A stretch of DNA of 63,019 nucleotides, filler included, from Guillardia theta CCMP2712 (GCF_000315625.1; 4 parts of 4 records of this genome joined end to end with filler, not necessarily neighbours in it), one strand, 5' to 3'; positions 9,101-23,522 are shown, counted from the first letter of the whole stretch. The notes: a model not told the origin generated them from the letters alone. A program made the numbers and translations.

Positions 9101-11383
9101 ATGACGCTGGTGAGATCAGTCCGTGAGCATGCACGCACAAGTAATGACCTCTCTTTGGCAGCCTATCGCGTCGGGAGGAGCGAGCTGCTGGCATGGCTTA
9201 ACGAGCTCCTTCAGATCAGCTACACAAAGGTCTCCTCCTCTTCCTCCTCCTCTTTCCCCCTCTTCCCCATCTTCTTTCCTCTTTCTTCCACCACCACCAC
9301 CACCTCCTCCTCCTCCTCCTCTCCTCCTCTTCCTCCTCTTCCTCTTCTTCTTCCTCTTCTTCCTTTTCCTCTTGTTTCTCCTGTCCTCCCGTTCGGTGAC
9401 CCAGTCCAGGTGGAGCAATGCGCCAACGGAGCAGCATACTGTCAGATCATGGACGCAATCTACCCTGTTAGCAATGCTGATAATTTGGCGAAGAATTGAC
9501 GGAGCGGGACAGGGGGAGGTTCCGATGAAGCGAGTGATCTTTGATGCAAAGCTCGAACATGATTGTGTCAAGAACTACAAGGCATACAACGAGATGGATG
9601 GTCTGTCCAACTCGCTTAATGGTTGCTGTAGGTTCTGCAAGCCATTTTTGAGAAGCGAAACATCTCGAAACATGTCGAGGTGAGGACGTAAAAGATCAAT
9701 GCTTTCTTGCTGGTGACATCGTCGTTAGGTTGAGAAGTTGATCAAGGCCAAGGTATGGACGTCAAGCTGTTGGTCCGTTTCTGACGCTTTAAAAGCCGTT
9801 GGACAATCTCGAAATGTTGCAATGGTTCTGTCACAAGCTTATCTTGTCATAGTTAGTGACGTTGTACAGGTGCAAGCGATTCTTCGACCTCAACTACGCG
9901 GTATTCATTGCTGTCTCGCTTTCATCCGGTTGTTTGATTCGATGTAGGGCAACGAGTACAACCCGATTGAGCGACGGCAGGGCAAGGCAAGGTGATTGCC
10001 TAAACATTTGAGTCGCTTCGCCTCAATGTCATGATTTCTTTCTCCTGCTGCAGCCCAGCAGGCAAGGTTGCGTCTTCTGCAGCGCCGAAGGTGATGGAGA
10101 AAAAAAGTTCTCCTGTAATGAAGGCAAGCCCGTTGAGGTACACCTCCGCGTCTCATCCTCTCGGCTCAACAGAAACCCCCGCTGACCGTCAACACCAAAG
10201 ATCAGAGCCCCAGCACTGTAAGCAACATCGCCGTCGTGCTGCTTTGACTCCAATGCAGCCCATGAGACAAAAACCGATCAGGCCTGCTAGTGCTGGGCTG
10301 CAAAGAAGTCCAGGCAAGACACTGATAGCATCAACATGAACACCAATACCATCTCCATGATCGTCTCTGTCATCTCATCTCAATCATGATCTGAATCTTC
10401 TGAATCTTCTGAATTATTTACATGATCGTCGTTGTTTCGATGCTGATTCGATTGAAAGTGCCAGATGCAAGCTCGCGAATGGCGAACATGACAGCTGATT
10501 TCTCACACTTGGAGGAGCAACTTCATGCCAGGTAGAAGAGGACGGGAGGATGCCGCTGAAGTGACGAGGAGCGTGAAGTCAGACGACGAACTCCCGACTG
10601 AAGGAAGAGGTTCAGAGGCGATGACTGTGATCCTGCTGACGTGCAAGTCCACTAGCTACAAGAGATGCAATTGAGTGTCGACACACTTGAAAAGGTGAAG
10701 GCGACAACAAGATGAAGAGATTATGTCATCTGATATGCGATGAAGGAAAGGGATTTTTATTTTCACAAGCTGAGAGAGATAGAAGTTCTTTGCCTTCAGG
10801 TCTGTCTCATTTCTTCAAAATATTTTCTGAAGATTGAACCGCAGTGCGAGGAAGGAGCTGAATCTAAAGTATTACATCTCCTCTCTACTCCTTACGTCTG
10901 CAACTTCTACCTCTTTCTTTCTTGACCCCCACCTCTCCTCCCTCTCCTTTCCTTCTTCTCGCTTTATTTATCATACGCGTCCTCTGCAGACCTTCTTCCC
11001 TCCCCGTTTCACGACACCTTATCTTAATAACTCTTTGCTTTTCTCGTTTTATCATCTGTTATGCTCTTCTTTCTCCTTTTCTCTTCTGTAAGTTCCCTCT
11101 CGCTCAAGCAAGGCAGGACACCATTGTATCCAAGACACTCGCCATCCTCTACGCCAAAGAAAACGAGGTCGCTCTGACCTCCTCCGCTCCTCTTACCCCT
11201 TCCTCAGACGCCCCCAACGGATTTCTTGGACGAGCCTGCGGATGTGAACGCAGAGGGATTGAGCGAGGACGCCCGACATGCACAGCAGGACGAGGGAGAC
11301 GAGGGAGCGGGAGAACAGGAGCAGGTAAGGGAGGAGGAGGAGTACCGGCAGGAGGAGGAGCACGAGAAGATGGAGGTAAGTGA
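9101..11383 (+). CDS. EB1: Microtubule plus-end binding protein EB1 (multi-exon, 3' end approximate)
   Basis: CH-domain motifs VGRSELLAWLNELLQISYTKVEQCANGAAYCQIMDAIYPGEVPMKRVIFDAKLEH; EBH motif KERDFYFHKLREIEVLC; ILYAKENE. Confidence 0.92.
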
Positions 11384-11443
11384 GTTAGTTTATGACAAAC
11401 GTTAAGTTATTCACAGTGACGATCATCGTTATTGTCTGCTCCT

Positions 11444-14400
11444 TCACATCACGTTCAAATTCTTTTGATTTTCCTTGTCTCGCGAGCTGCAGATTATTTT
11501 TTCAAAACAAACGCGTCAGAACCTCCTGACTCTCCTCTCCTCCTGCCCACCTTCTCAAGGAGGGGATACGCGATCTCCCCTGCTTCAGCCCCTTCCCTTC
11601 GACACTCTTGCCCGACGACGTCTGGCGCTCAAGGACAGGAGCCTCCTCCTCTACTGCGACTGGGGACTCAACCTGAGGAGCTGGGGGGAGGTCACAAGGC
11701 AGGAGGAGGGGAGGAGAAGGGACAGAGTGACGAGGGAGGAGACTAGAGGGCAGGAGGGAGGAAGGGGGAGGGGGAGGGGGAGACCTTCTGGCAAAGCTTC
11801 ATCTTGCTGAGCTTCTTGTTCGGCCTAGAGAATGTCAAACAGCAGGGGTGATCTGCAAGCTACAGCACCGAAGGGAACTCCTCCTGCTCTTGCGCCTCCT
11901 GCTCCTCCACTTCTGCTGCTCGCTCTCATCAGCAACTAACGCATGTGGAAGAAGAGGAGAGTGGGAGGACAAAAAGAGGAGGGCAGGGGGTGTACCATCA
12001 GCATCCTCCTTCAGTGAGAAGCCCCGGAGTTCCGCGAGAACTTCGTCATCCGAGCGGAAGGCAGGGAGCGAGGAAGGGATGCGGAGCTCCTTCTTCATCG
12101 GAGTTTGCCCGGTAGGCAGGTCCTGCTAGCCGTGAGACGAGCACAGGGCGAGGAGCGTCTGCCATCACCTGCACCAGCTCCAGCTCCTTGCTTCCGATCA
12201 TCTCCAGCCGAGACTTCGCGCTCAGGTAGAAGCGGCTAAGCTCGTCGCCCTGCATGCCTTCAGCTCAAGCCCAACCGCTCCACAGCAGACACTCACCTGC
12301 TGAGCCACGTTGGAGGAAAAGGACTCACCCCAGCTGTTGGACTTCTGGTCGGATGACTGAGGAAGAGGACGTGAGACGAGTCGAGACGAGACGCCGACGG
12401 GAAAGGGCTTTTGGGTTTGAGAGGGAACAAGAGGAAAGGAGGAATTAGTTTCACCGCAAGTTGGGAAATGATTCCATCCACAGACGACTTCACATCCTGC
12501 ATCATCGTCAGCTCGTTGAGGGGAGGAGGAAGAAGCTTCTAAAACGGTCTAGCAGACCTGTACGTCTGTGTTGAGAGCATCCACGACCTGAGCTGCGTGC
12601 GCCTCCTTCTCTTGTACCAACTGCAGGACAACCATGAGAGGAGGCACAAACAAGGAGAGGAAAATGAAAGGATGGTTTGAGACCTCGGTAACTTTGGAGG
12701 ACAACGAGCTTTGATGCGTTTTGCAGATGGACTCGTAGCGCTCCTGCAAGAGACTTGAGCAGCACATGAGGGAGAGGGAGGGCAGGGAGCGGAGATTGGA
12801 GGCGAGGGAGTGAGAGGCGGGAGGAGGGCCGTTCGAACCTCTTGCTCGCGCAAGCTCTGCATGCAGGACGAGAGGTCGTTGCTGTGAGAAACAATCTGCC
12901 AACGGTGCGTTACCCTTGCTTCTCCTCCGCCTTCTCCTCCGCACTTACCTCCTGCTCGGCTTGCTGGCAGCTCCTGGATGTCAAGTCTCTCATCTGCTCA
13001 TCTGTCAGCCTGCCCTGCCGCTGCCGCTGCCGCTGCCCACCTGCTTCTGCATAGTGCTGACGGATCCTCCCATCGCCTGAGTCTGCTGGCCGACAGCATC
13101 GAGCGAAGAGGTCAAGGAAGTCTGAAACTCTCCGATGCTGAGAGGAACATGAGATCAGAGAAAACCTCATGGAGCAGTGGAGGAAGAGAGGGGGAGGGGA
13201 AGAGAAGGCTGCACCTCTTCTCGGACGATTTCAGCCCATCGACAACATTCTGCGAGGCATCAGAACAAGCTGAGAAGAGGAGGGCAAGCAGACACTGACG
13301 TTGACATCCCGTGACATCTGCTGGTGGTACTGCTGGAGAGCCTCCGACACGAGGCGGTTGACTGCGAGGAAGTCAAACGTGAGGAGGGAGAAGGAAGGGG
13401 AAGACCTTGAGAGGTGATGGTGTCGGCCATGGACTTGAACGAACTCTCCTGATGCTGAACGAGGAGTGAGAACGAAGACAAGAAGCGATGATGATGATGA
13501 TGAGGAGGAGGAGGCTGACGGACCTGGACGAGGGCAGAAAGCGCGTCTTGCTCCTTCTTGATGGCCTGACAAGGGACGAGGTGAGAGGAGGAGAGGAGGA
13601 GGCTCGAGGATAGACCTGCATGTGGTGCTGAGAGGAAGAGTTGATCAAGGTCTTGACGTCCGACATCTTCTGATGGTGCGAAGAAACGAAATCGCTGACA
13701 ACCTGAGCGGGTGAAGATGAGAAGACATCAGGAGAAGAGAAGGGGAGGGGAGGCTTACATGCTCCTCGGACTCGATTGCAGTTAAAGTCTGTCAAACCTA
13801 ATAAGGAAGCTTCTCCTTCTCTTCGTTGCGGTCACCTGTTCAGCCCACGCCGAGATCTGAGACTTGGTCTTGCTCAGGTCCTCTCCCTGCTCGCCGTCAA
13901 GGCTGTTCATCGCCTCCTTCACGTCTCACCAGCTTCGCGGTCGCCTCGGAGGCGTCAGAGTTCGCCTGGCGAATCAAGGTGGCTTGCTCCTGAGGAAATG
14001 CGATGAGCCGAGCAGCAGAAAAGCTAGCGAGAACAGGAGAAGAAAGAGGGAGAAGGAGTCGAGGAGCAGGAGGAGAGCGTAAGGAGGGCCGTGTATGCGT
14101 CTCACGTCATTCTGCTCCACAGCAAGCAGGTTGACCGCGTCAACTGAAACCTGAAGAAGCGTCAGGAGAAAAAGGAAGGGAATGGGGTAGTTTTTGGGGG
14201 AGTGAGGGTGGGGGAGGTACCTTGAAGGTCTCTACGGTAGTCTCCGTGGTTCTGATCTGCTCCTCAAGGGAGAGGACAGTCCTGAAAGAGTTGAGGTGAA
14301 TCAAAGGAGGGAGAGAAGGAGCAGGAGGGGAAAGGGAGATGGGGACGGGAGGAAGAGAGATGGGGACGGGAGGGAGATGGGGACGGGAGGAAGGGAGACG

Positions 14401-16937
14401 GGGACGGGAGGAAGGGAGATGGGGAAGGGAGGAGGAGCAGGAGTAAGGAGAAGGGTGGAGGATTCACGTCTGCTGTAGCGATGATACGTCCTTCTTGATC
14501 GCTTCGATCTCCTCGTTCTGTAAGGCGTTAGAGCCTCTTCCCGTCCTCTCTCCTCCTTCACCTTCTCGACCACATACTGCGCGACGATCTTCTGAAGAGC
14601 TTTGAACTTCTTTGCCTGCAAATCCTGGAAACTTTCCAGCTCTTTGAAAGCTGATTGAACCTGGAATTGCACAGTCATCATAGAACTGCACTCCCGTCAT
14701 GATATCCCAGTAATCGATTATCACGACCAACATCTACATCATCGCAGTATAGTATGTAAAGTTTCACTCACATAGTCTCTGATCTCAACGAGATGCGACG
14801 TCGCCAGCTCCTTGTTCTGATGCTCCACCTGCCAAGACCGTCAAGAGGGCTGGGAGGAATGAGGAGTAAGCGAGGTGGACAAGGAAAGGACTTTACGTTT
14901 GACTTGCGCGAGAGTTTAGCAAACAAGCCTCCAAGGTCGCTGTGCATCTCCCAGGAGGTTCGGAGGAGAGAAGTTCCCTGAGGTGATGGCATGAGTTGGA
15001 AGGAAGAGGATTACGAGGAGTGGGAAGAGTCGAGAGGAAGACGTGGAGGAGGAGGCAAAGGGAGGGAAGGTTTGTTGACCTGCTCGTAAAGCTCTTCTCC
15101 TGTCTTCTTGTGCGTCTCCAGCACGAATGTCGTGTCATCCAACTTGCCACGAGTTTCCTGGGCTCCACCATCATCCCCTCCCTCCTTGAGCTCCTCGCGC
15201 TCACCTTGAGATCGTTCTTGGTCTCACTCAGACTTGTCTTGGTCTCACTCAGCTCGTTCTTGGTGACCTTGAGCTCTTGCTCCTTGTGCTCGAGCTTCCC
15301 GCAGGCCTCGTTGAACGACTCCTGCATCTCTTCCAGCTGCTTCGACCTCTCCTCAATCTCCTGCTGCAGCACAAGCTCGTTCTGCGATAGCATGAGCAGG
15401 GGGATGGGGTGTAGGGAGGGGGATATGGAGGGGTCATGCCTGCTTGAGTCGCTCAATCTCCGTGTGCATCTCCTCGTACTTCTGGGAGGAGAGGTAAACT
15501 CCGTTCGCCTCGCGCTGAGCCTTCAGCTGCAGGATTTGTGAGGAGAGGAAACAAGACGATGCAAGGAAGCATTGCACAGAATCAGAGGAAGAAACAGAAA
15601 GGGATGCAGGACAAGGAAAAAAGGAAGGGGGGAAAGAGAGGTAAAGAAGGGCAGGAAACGTCGGAGATGTGGAGGATGGAGGACCTGCTCCTGCAGGTCG
15701 GCGATGTTTCGCGCCATGTCTCGCATCATGGTCTTCTTGGTCTGCACTTGGTTGATCTCTGGTGTGTTCTTGATGTTCTTCGCCCTGCAGGCGTAGTCGA
15801 GCGTGCCTGCACAGATCGGGGGAGGTCAGGCGAGCAGGGGAGAGACAGGCAGAGGGGAAAGTCACCGAGAGCAGGAGAGGAGGGGGCAGAGAGGAGGAGG
15901 AGGAGGAGGAGGAGGAGCGGAGAGTCACCGAGAGTCTCTTCGATGTTGCCAGAGGTCGGGGAGACGGTGGCGATGATGAGGGTCTTGGTCTTCCCTCCGA
16001 GAGAGTCTTGAAGCAGGCGGGTCAGCTTGCTCTCCCTGTACGGTACGTGCGGCTGATGCTCCACCAACGCTGTGATGACTCGCCCGAGCGTGAGGAGGGA
16101 CTGGTTGATCTGCCCGGCCTCCTTCTTCCTGTCTCCCAGTGCTCCGCTCCTTCCGACGCACTCGCTGCCTGCAAGATCGACGAGGTTCAGTTGGCCGGTC
16201 TTGATAACCTCCTCCTCATCGAGGGTCTTTTCCTTCATAAAGATCTTGAGAGTGAAGATCTGGTGAGAGCGGGAGGACTGCTTGTTGCACAGCGTCTCTG
16301 CGGTATGGCGCTGCTTGTTTGTCCCCTCGAGGATTGAGAAGATGTCAGCAGCGGACTTGACGGCTCTCTCCTCCACTCCTTGTAGCACCACTCCCTTCTT
16401 CGGGTCCTCCATCAGCCTCAGCTTGCGCAGTTGGCCCGTGCAGTGATCGTCGGTGGATGCGATCAGGTCGGACAGCTCTTCGTTGTATAGCTCCACCACA
16501 GAGATACGAACTTGATACTCGAAGTCGTTCTCCTCAAGGTACTTGAACACATGCGCTACAGCTCGAGGAACAACGCCTGCTCCTGGAGGCATCACGCTGC
16601 CACAGTTGTTGACCTCGCCCTCCATGGTGTAAGTCTTGCCTGTTCCGGTCTGACCGTATGCGAAGACCGTGCAGTTGTAGCCTTGAAGCACTTCGTCTAC
16701 AACTGGCTTCACCACGTGCTCAAACACATCCTTCTGCGACGATGACTGATCGTACACGCCATCGAACATGAACGCTTTCTTCGACGCCTTTCCAAGGGAC
16801 GCGTAGGAGACTTCTACTGTTTTCTCATTGAGGCATCGCAGAGCCTGCTTCTCCTTTGCCGCCTCCGACGGCGTCATTGGGCGACATCTCAGCACAACTT
16901 TGACGTTCTGACCCTTACCTTCTTCTGTGTTCGACAT
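11444..16937 (-). CDS. Kinesin-5 (BimC/Eg5 family)
   Basis: N-terminal motor (GYNCTVFAYGQTGTGKTYTMEG, NKQSSRSH, LNLVDLAGSE, HVPYRESKLTRLLQDSLGGKTKT), LKAQREANGVYL neck, coiled-coil stalk, BimC box LPTGQTPMKK (~12090-12120). Confidence 0.92.
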
Positions 16938-18406
16938 GTTTGATACCTGAAACAGGGTCACGGGAGGAAAAACAGTCAAGCCTAGTAGATATGATTCTAT
17001 CAAGGTATAATTCTATCAGACTGTGACAAGCTGGTATGGACTTTCATGGGAGCTCTTGATAAAGCAAAAAAATAATGGGATAGCAAGAATGGATGTATGC
17101 AAACTACAAGGAATCACAGTCTGAATTTCCACTCAACATGCAAGATCTAAGGGATGAACGAAAGAGATGTCAAGGTGCGTGTAACGCGATGTGGGGACAA
17201 CATTGACATCAGAAGGAGAAAGAAGAGGAAGTGATGGAGGACGAGGACGAGGACGAGGACGAGGATAAGAAGGTGCTGGAAGCATGATGCCAACGAAGGG
17301 ATTGAGCATCAGCGGGAACGAAGGCGTGTACCGATTTGAAAATTGAAAAATCAACGGAACCACGATTTTCCAAAAACAGTAATAAAAATACGTTACGTTG
17401 TCGTTATAATACCATGATAAACTGAGTGACTCGACTCCCGGCGACTCACACACGGCCCGGTGACATTCCGATCAGTACGGTCATCATCGGCTGATGATCA
17501 CAAGTGCCGCAGTGCCTCGGAGGTCATAGTACCGTACCGTATACTAGTGTGACTATGATCACGCCGGGTGATATCAGTCCGGTGCGCGGCAGCACTGTGC
17601 AGTCACAGAGTGCATTTCAAGAGTCAAATTTCCGAGGCTGACTCGGCGGTCACCGTCGGGCGGCGAGAGCGAGCCCTGGGCCTGACCGGGAGTGCTCCCA
17701 CACGCCTCAGTTCTCAAAGTCAGCCTGGCAGGTTAGGGTACTTCCAGAGACCAGCCGCCGCGCGCCTCAGTTTTAACTTAACTTTGAGTAAAGAAGTTAA
17801 CAGGCCGGGCTTTTTCAAGTTTTTTATATGGCCGGGCCGGGAGATTTTGAACCCGGCCGGCGGGCCGGGAGTTTTTTTTGAGTGAACCCGGGCCCGGGGG
17901 CCGGCGGGGCCGCATAAATGGCCGCGGCCAGGCTGAACGTAAAAGTGATGATACGACTGAGGCGTATCGTGAAATTCATAAGAACAAAAAAAAATATATA
18001 ATCTGTACCTAAACAGTGTCATAAAATAGTTTTAAACTTCCAATATCTATTTTAGTATTCCTAAAACCAATTTATGATATTATATATAAATGAAAAAGAG
18101 TTTTATGAATTGCCCAGTGGTCTGATTTGCTCCGTCCGATCATGGCTTCATTCTTCCTCTAAGTTAAGTTCCTCTCCTCTCCTCCTTCTCGACCGAGCAA
18201 GAAGCTCATTGCTTGAGACCCTCTACACACTCTTCTCCTCTCCTCCTCCTCTCGTCTGCCTAGTGCTTGCTCCCCTCTCAACGGCGAGCCACTCACCTGA
18301 ATCTCTCCTTGCCTATTTGTTCACTGCCTACATAGTCAAACTCACCGAACATCCCTCAAGCGCAGACCAAAGCCTGAACAGTGCAATTCAAGAGTAACTT
18401 ACACCG

Positions 18407-19250
18407 ATGCCCATCTTTCGATTGGTTGTGAGTACAGACGAAATGTCTGCTATGGAGCGAAAGGCTCTAGCGGTCGCCGCCTACGTTCTTTTGAACGCTT
18501 GCTGGATTCTTTACGTATTCAAAGCATACAGATCGACGGAAAAGTTCCACCTGCAATCGGATTTGCTACCTGCTTATGATGAACGAATCAACGATGTCGA
18601 GCAGCAATTTCAACAAGCTCTAAGCACTCTATCGAGGACATGCCAAGGTTCGGAGTGCGCCAGGTCAGAGCTATTGAGGTACAACATCTTTCAGAGGCAA
18701 ACGGTAGCTGTTCATGTTGGAATGGCAATGCGATTCGTCTCGCTGTTGCAAGAATACGAGAAGAAACATTGTGGCAATAACGAGAAGCTCATAAGCTCCG
18801 AGCTCTCCTACTGTAAGTTTGTGATATGGATACAAAGGTGACGGGGTGAACGTCTTTCTCGGAGATGATTTATAGGGACGAAGAGACCCTTGCTGCTTGC
18901 CTCGAAAGTGCCAGAGTCTGCTACTCTTCGTTGTGCACTGACGCGGTTTCTGCGTCTCCTCCTTCCATGCCAGCCGTCGACGGGGGCCCATCGCCAGCTA
19001 GGCGGACAACCATGTCACTAGTAACATCGGATCGTCAGGAAAGATCGTACCTGCGCTCTGAGGATGATTGGAATCGACCGTAGCTTCCTCCAGGCTTCCT
19101 TCCCCCTCATCCTGCCATGAACTTCACTCGGTCGGAGTTCTTCCTCTCTCTCCTACTCACCGCCTGCGAGTCTTGACCCTCGGCGTTCTCAACCGCCTCT
19201 TCCACCTCCACGAGCGAAGGTTCAACGAACTTGCCGTTGACAAACTGACC
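18407..19250 (+). CDS. Hypothetical protein with N-terminal hydrophobic segment (3' end approximate)
   Basis: 144-codon ORF with ALAVAAYVLLNACWILYVF, a GTAAG donor at ~18813 and plausible downstream exons. Confidence 0.35.
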
Positions 19251-19273
19251 AGGCGTTTGTCCTCCCTACATCA

Positions 19274-20308
19274 TCATGAGCAGCCGAACATGCTGATATG
19301 GTCGCGATGGACCGGAATCCGGAGCTTCTCGGGGATGCTCAATCCAGGAGGAAGATACTCTTGGTCGTCGTACACTGACAAGATGCAGCAAGTGAGACGC
19401 GGTCCGAATCATTCAAGTCTCCAGCGTCACCTGCATCCTCTGGAAATTCAAACTTTCCTTCGCCATGGATTCTTCCTGCTCTGAACTGCAAACACTTGTC
19501 ATGCTGTGTAGTTTACTTCCTACCTCACCTGTCCTTCGTAAACAGTCCCGCTGGCGAACCTGTACGTCCCTTCCCCGTGGGGGAGATTGGCTTCGAAGTC
19601 GCCCTCGTATACATCACCTTTCACTCGTCACTTCACGTAGGAGCAGGAGAGTGCACGATTACCGTTGGGAAAGAAGAATTTACCTCTTCCTTTCAAGCTC
19701 GAGTCCTTCACCTCTCCATCATATCGTATCCCTGCTCTCAGCTGCGTCAGGAATGAAGAGAGGCATGCTCAGATCCAGGACCGTTGGCGTACACGACAAC
19801 TCCCTGCCCGTCGCGCTTGCCCTCACGGTAAGTCCCTTCGAACCGATGGCCTCTGCGACTTATCGTGAGTGGCCGGCAAGCTCCTTGTCTCTCGATTACC
19901 CTGTGACTGAGTAGACGCCATGTCCGTGCATCAAGCCGTTCTTGAATTCTCCTTCGTACCTGCAACATCTTTCATTTGGGGTCCAATCAAAAACCAGCCC
20001 CCTGCCTGCTCCCGTCATTGAAGGAGTATACTCCTTTGCCGTTCAGTTCCCCATTCTCAAACTCGCCTGCTCGTTCGCATGAGATCACCAGGTGCTGTCA
20101 AATCAGCACCAGCCTGTGTAGGAGCAATGATCGTCGAAATCGCAGCTGCCTTGCCCCCGACGAACTTGTGCTCGATACCTTGACGGAGAGGCATCAGTCA
20201 TGTAGGTAATGCCACACGTACAGGTATCTGCTCAGTGTCCTACCTGGATAGCTGACGTTCACTGACCTCAACCTCCTTCGGCGCAAGAGGATGTTTCTCC
20301 AGTTGCAT
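19274..20308 (-). CDS. MORN-repeat protein
   Basis: Repeats GEFENGELNGKGVYSFNDG, YEGEFKNGLMHG, GHRFEGTYREGKRDGQGVVVYANG and DVYEGDFEANLPHGEGTYRFASG in successive exons. Confidence 0.85.
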
Positions 20309-20599
20309 TTGATAGTAATTTCTATGAACGTTCATCTTGGATTCCAAGTTTTTGGTTTGAAAGCATCAGTGAGCGACTACAGAATACTTCCGCCTCCTCT
20401 CCCCTCTCCTCAACTGCTAAAATGTTGTTCTTGACAGCGTTCATTCTCCTACTCTCTATCCTGGGTCGGATCCTCCTTCTATTATGCCTTCTTTGTCTCA
20501 TAAATCCTCCTGATCTGTACCATTGCTTAACAACTTGATATGATCTTGCTTGGTTTTCTTTCTTCTTCTCACTTGTTCCTACCACTGCTCCTACTCCTA

Positions 20600-20662
<63 letters not shown>

Positions 20663-21353
20663 AACCCTTGCTTTCTGCTGCTCCTGCTGCTGCTGCAGCT
20701 CTTCCTCCTCCTCTGTACCCCTCCTCCTTCCCCCCTACTCATAATCCTCCTCCTCCCTCCCACTCCTCTTGCTTCTGCTTCCTTTTACCACTGCTCTGCA
20801 TTACTCGTCTCAAGCCGTTGATCACTACCCCCCACCCCCCATTGGCCCTGCATACATCCACCCCCCCCCCGTGCTCGATCCCTTTGAGAGATCCCGAAAA
20901 TGTTGGAAAGAGTAGCAGCAGAGGGGGCAATGAGGGGAAAGGAGATGAAGAGATGTAGAGAAGAAAGAGATGTAGGAGATGAAGAGATGTAGAGATGAAG
21001 AGAGATGAAGAGACAAGCAGAGACAAGCAGAGGCATGAGAGACCAGGAGAGGAAAGATATTTCCAGAAGACATCATGTACAAAGAGGGATTGAGCAATCA
21101 TTGGTAAGCTGAGCATTAGTCTGTATGGTGAGGCAGACAGCTGATGTTGAATTGAGTCGTTCCTTTGATCGCAATGACGTGTATTCACGTCTCCGTCTCA
21201 TGCGCTATGAGATGACAAGTCTCTCAGGTAGCGAGCATTTCATCGCGAACGACTAGCATCCTACGAGTGAGAGCGGGAGGACACCATGACGACGAGGTGA
21301 CGGCAAGAGCGTCCTCTAGCAGCGACAAGGGAGGGATTAGGAGGCGGACAGCG

Positions 21354-23250
21354 ATGGCGGATAGGATACACACTCCTCAGTGGCTGCTTGCTGGAGCAGC
21401 GAGGATGCTGTTGATCGTGTACGGCATGTGGCAGGACGAGAGCATGGCGGTCAAGTATACGGACGCAGACTACCAGGTGTTCTCTGACGCTGCCAGGATG
21501 ATGGCGATGGGAGGTGAGTGGTGGACGGGTGGCGGCTGGCGCGTGATGATGGAAAATGCAAGATTCTCCCTTTGAGCGCGCGACGTACCGCTACTCGCCC
21601 TCCATCGCCATGCTGCTGCTGCCCAACGTGTGGGTGGGGAAGTTGTGGGGGAAGCTGCTGTTTGCGAGCACGGACCTGCTGGTGGGATGTCTTCTTGCCA
21701 GGTGAGCTCTGAGTGAGCGCTGAGACCGGAGCTGAAGGAGCCAACAAGGATCCTGATGGCGCAGAAGACAGACAAGCAGCAGCTCGCATTCCTGGTCAAC
21801 CTCTGGATCCTAAACCCGATCGTCGTCAACGTGTCTACTCGAGGCAACGCTGAAGCTCTCGTGAGCCTCGTCGTCATGGCCACGATCTTAGCGGTGGTTC
21901 AAGACCGACCGGTGAGGAGGAGAAGAGGCAAGCCAAGAGGAAGCAGAAGGAGAGGAGAGGAGCAGCAGAGGAGAGGAGAGGAAGAGTAGAGGAGAGAAGG
22001 ATCGCTGAAGTCTCTCACCTGTTGGATGTCTTGCTCACGTTTCTGACGTCTGATGTTCTCAGGTCCTAGCTGGGCTTTTCCTGGGGCTTGCCGTGCACGT
22101 CAAAGTCTATCCGATCATCTACTCGCTTCCGCTCTACTTGTCATTCTGCCGGGAGATCAGGCGCGTCTCCTTCTTCTCCGACTTCTTCAACAAGCGCAGG
22201 TCCTTTCTGCTCGCCTATTTTCCGTCCTCATCCTCCTGAAGCCTTCAGTTCGCCTTCTCTGCAATCCTCTCCTTCTCGGTCCTCACCGGCGCTTTCTTCG
22301 TCATGTACGGCCATCGCTTCCTCCACGAGGTCTTCTTCGCGCTCTCTTCCTCCTCTCAGCTCTGCTGTCGCAGGCGTACATCTACCATGTCTTCCGCGTC
22401 GACCACAGGCACAACTTCTCCCTCTACTTCTACCAGATGTATGCCACTTCACCCAGCTCCACTCCAGCTGAAGCCTTGTGGCAGGTACTTGTCCATGGAT
22501 ACCTCTGCTCGGCTCGTCGGTCTCGTCGCCTTCGCCCCTCAGGTCCAGCAGACGCTCAGCGCGGCAGCAGCTCATGTGCGGCAGGTTGTCATCCTGATAG
22601 CCATCTCGCTGAGGTACGGAAGGAGGAACAAGATCGGCCTGTAAGTCTCGCCCGTGCGCCTACCCCAGCTCAGCCCCAGCTGTAGTTGCATCTGCTGCCA
22701 AACTATCGCCTTCGTCGCCTTCAACAAGGTCTTCACCGTCCAGTACCTTGTCTGGTGCCCTCGCCCTGTCCAGCTGCTTCCCATGACCGCCTGACACAGG
22801 TATTTCGCGCTGCTGCCCCTCGCGTTTGCCTCGGGCTTCCGGGTTGGCTACAGGTCAGGATAGGGAAAGAGGGAGGAGGAAAGAGGAGATGAGAAGTTTG
22901 CGGGCAGGATGCACCTGGTAACTACTTCTCTGCTGGTGGGTGGGATGGGCATGTGGCTGGGGTTCGCGTACCAGCTGGAGTTTCTTGGGAAGCCGGTGAA
23001 ACTAGCGAGCTTATAACCAGCAATGTTTGACAAACCTGACAGATGTGGTTGACACTCGTAACGGCAAGCGCTCTCATGTTTGCAGGTGAAGAGAAGTGGA
23101 GAGCAGAGCAGAGCAGAGCAGAGCAGAGCAGAGCAGAGCAGAGCAGAGCAGACGGGTACAGCGGAACAAGAAGAGAGGAGGGATTCAGAGGTAGGACGGG
23201 GAGGAGAGCTGGGTATGTGAACCAAGAGTGGCAAAGGGTGGAAAGGATAA
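21354..23250 (+). CDS. PIGM: GPI mannosyltransferase I (3' end approximate)
   Basis: [86 protein letters not shown]. Confidence 0.92.
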
Positions 23251-23522
23251 GAGAAGAGCTCAGACAGGATGGAGTGAGGAGAGGAGTCGAGGAAGATGTG
23301 CAGGAAAGGAACAGAGGGGAGGAGTCGGCGGATGATGCAAGCCTACAGGTCACATGAGCTTGTTTTGCTCTCTCATCTTGAACGATGCGAGAGGAGAGGA
23401 GGAGGAGGAGAGGAGGAGAACCAAGTGAACGTGGGTACAACTCAAGATCAGCAGCACCTCTTCCTTGCGCCTGTCTTTACTCTCACTCGCCTTCCTCCTC
23501 GCCTTGCCGTATGCTACATCCT

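Noticed and set aside
8357-9104. Repetitive ORFs (RSYSCDHTRAIILV...)
   Set aside because: Translations of the 14-bp minisatellite
17721-17935. Possible MITE with CAGCCTGGC/GCCAGGCTG ends
   Set aside because: Only 9-bp arms in GC-rich DNA and no TSD; insufficient support
20540-20821. Poly-L/SC/RS/AP/EQ ORFs here and at ~27900-28200, 31740-32280, 36990-37930 and 53200-53550
   Set aside because: Translations of (CTCCTG)n, (CCT)n and similar microsatellites in introns or intergenic DNA
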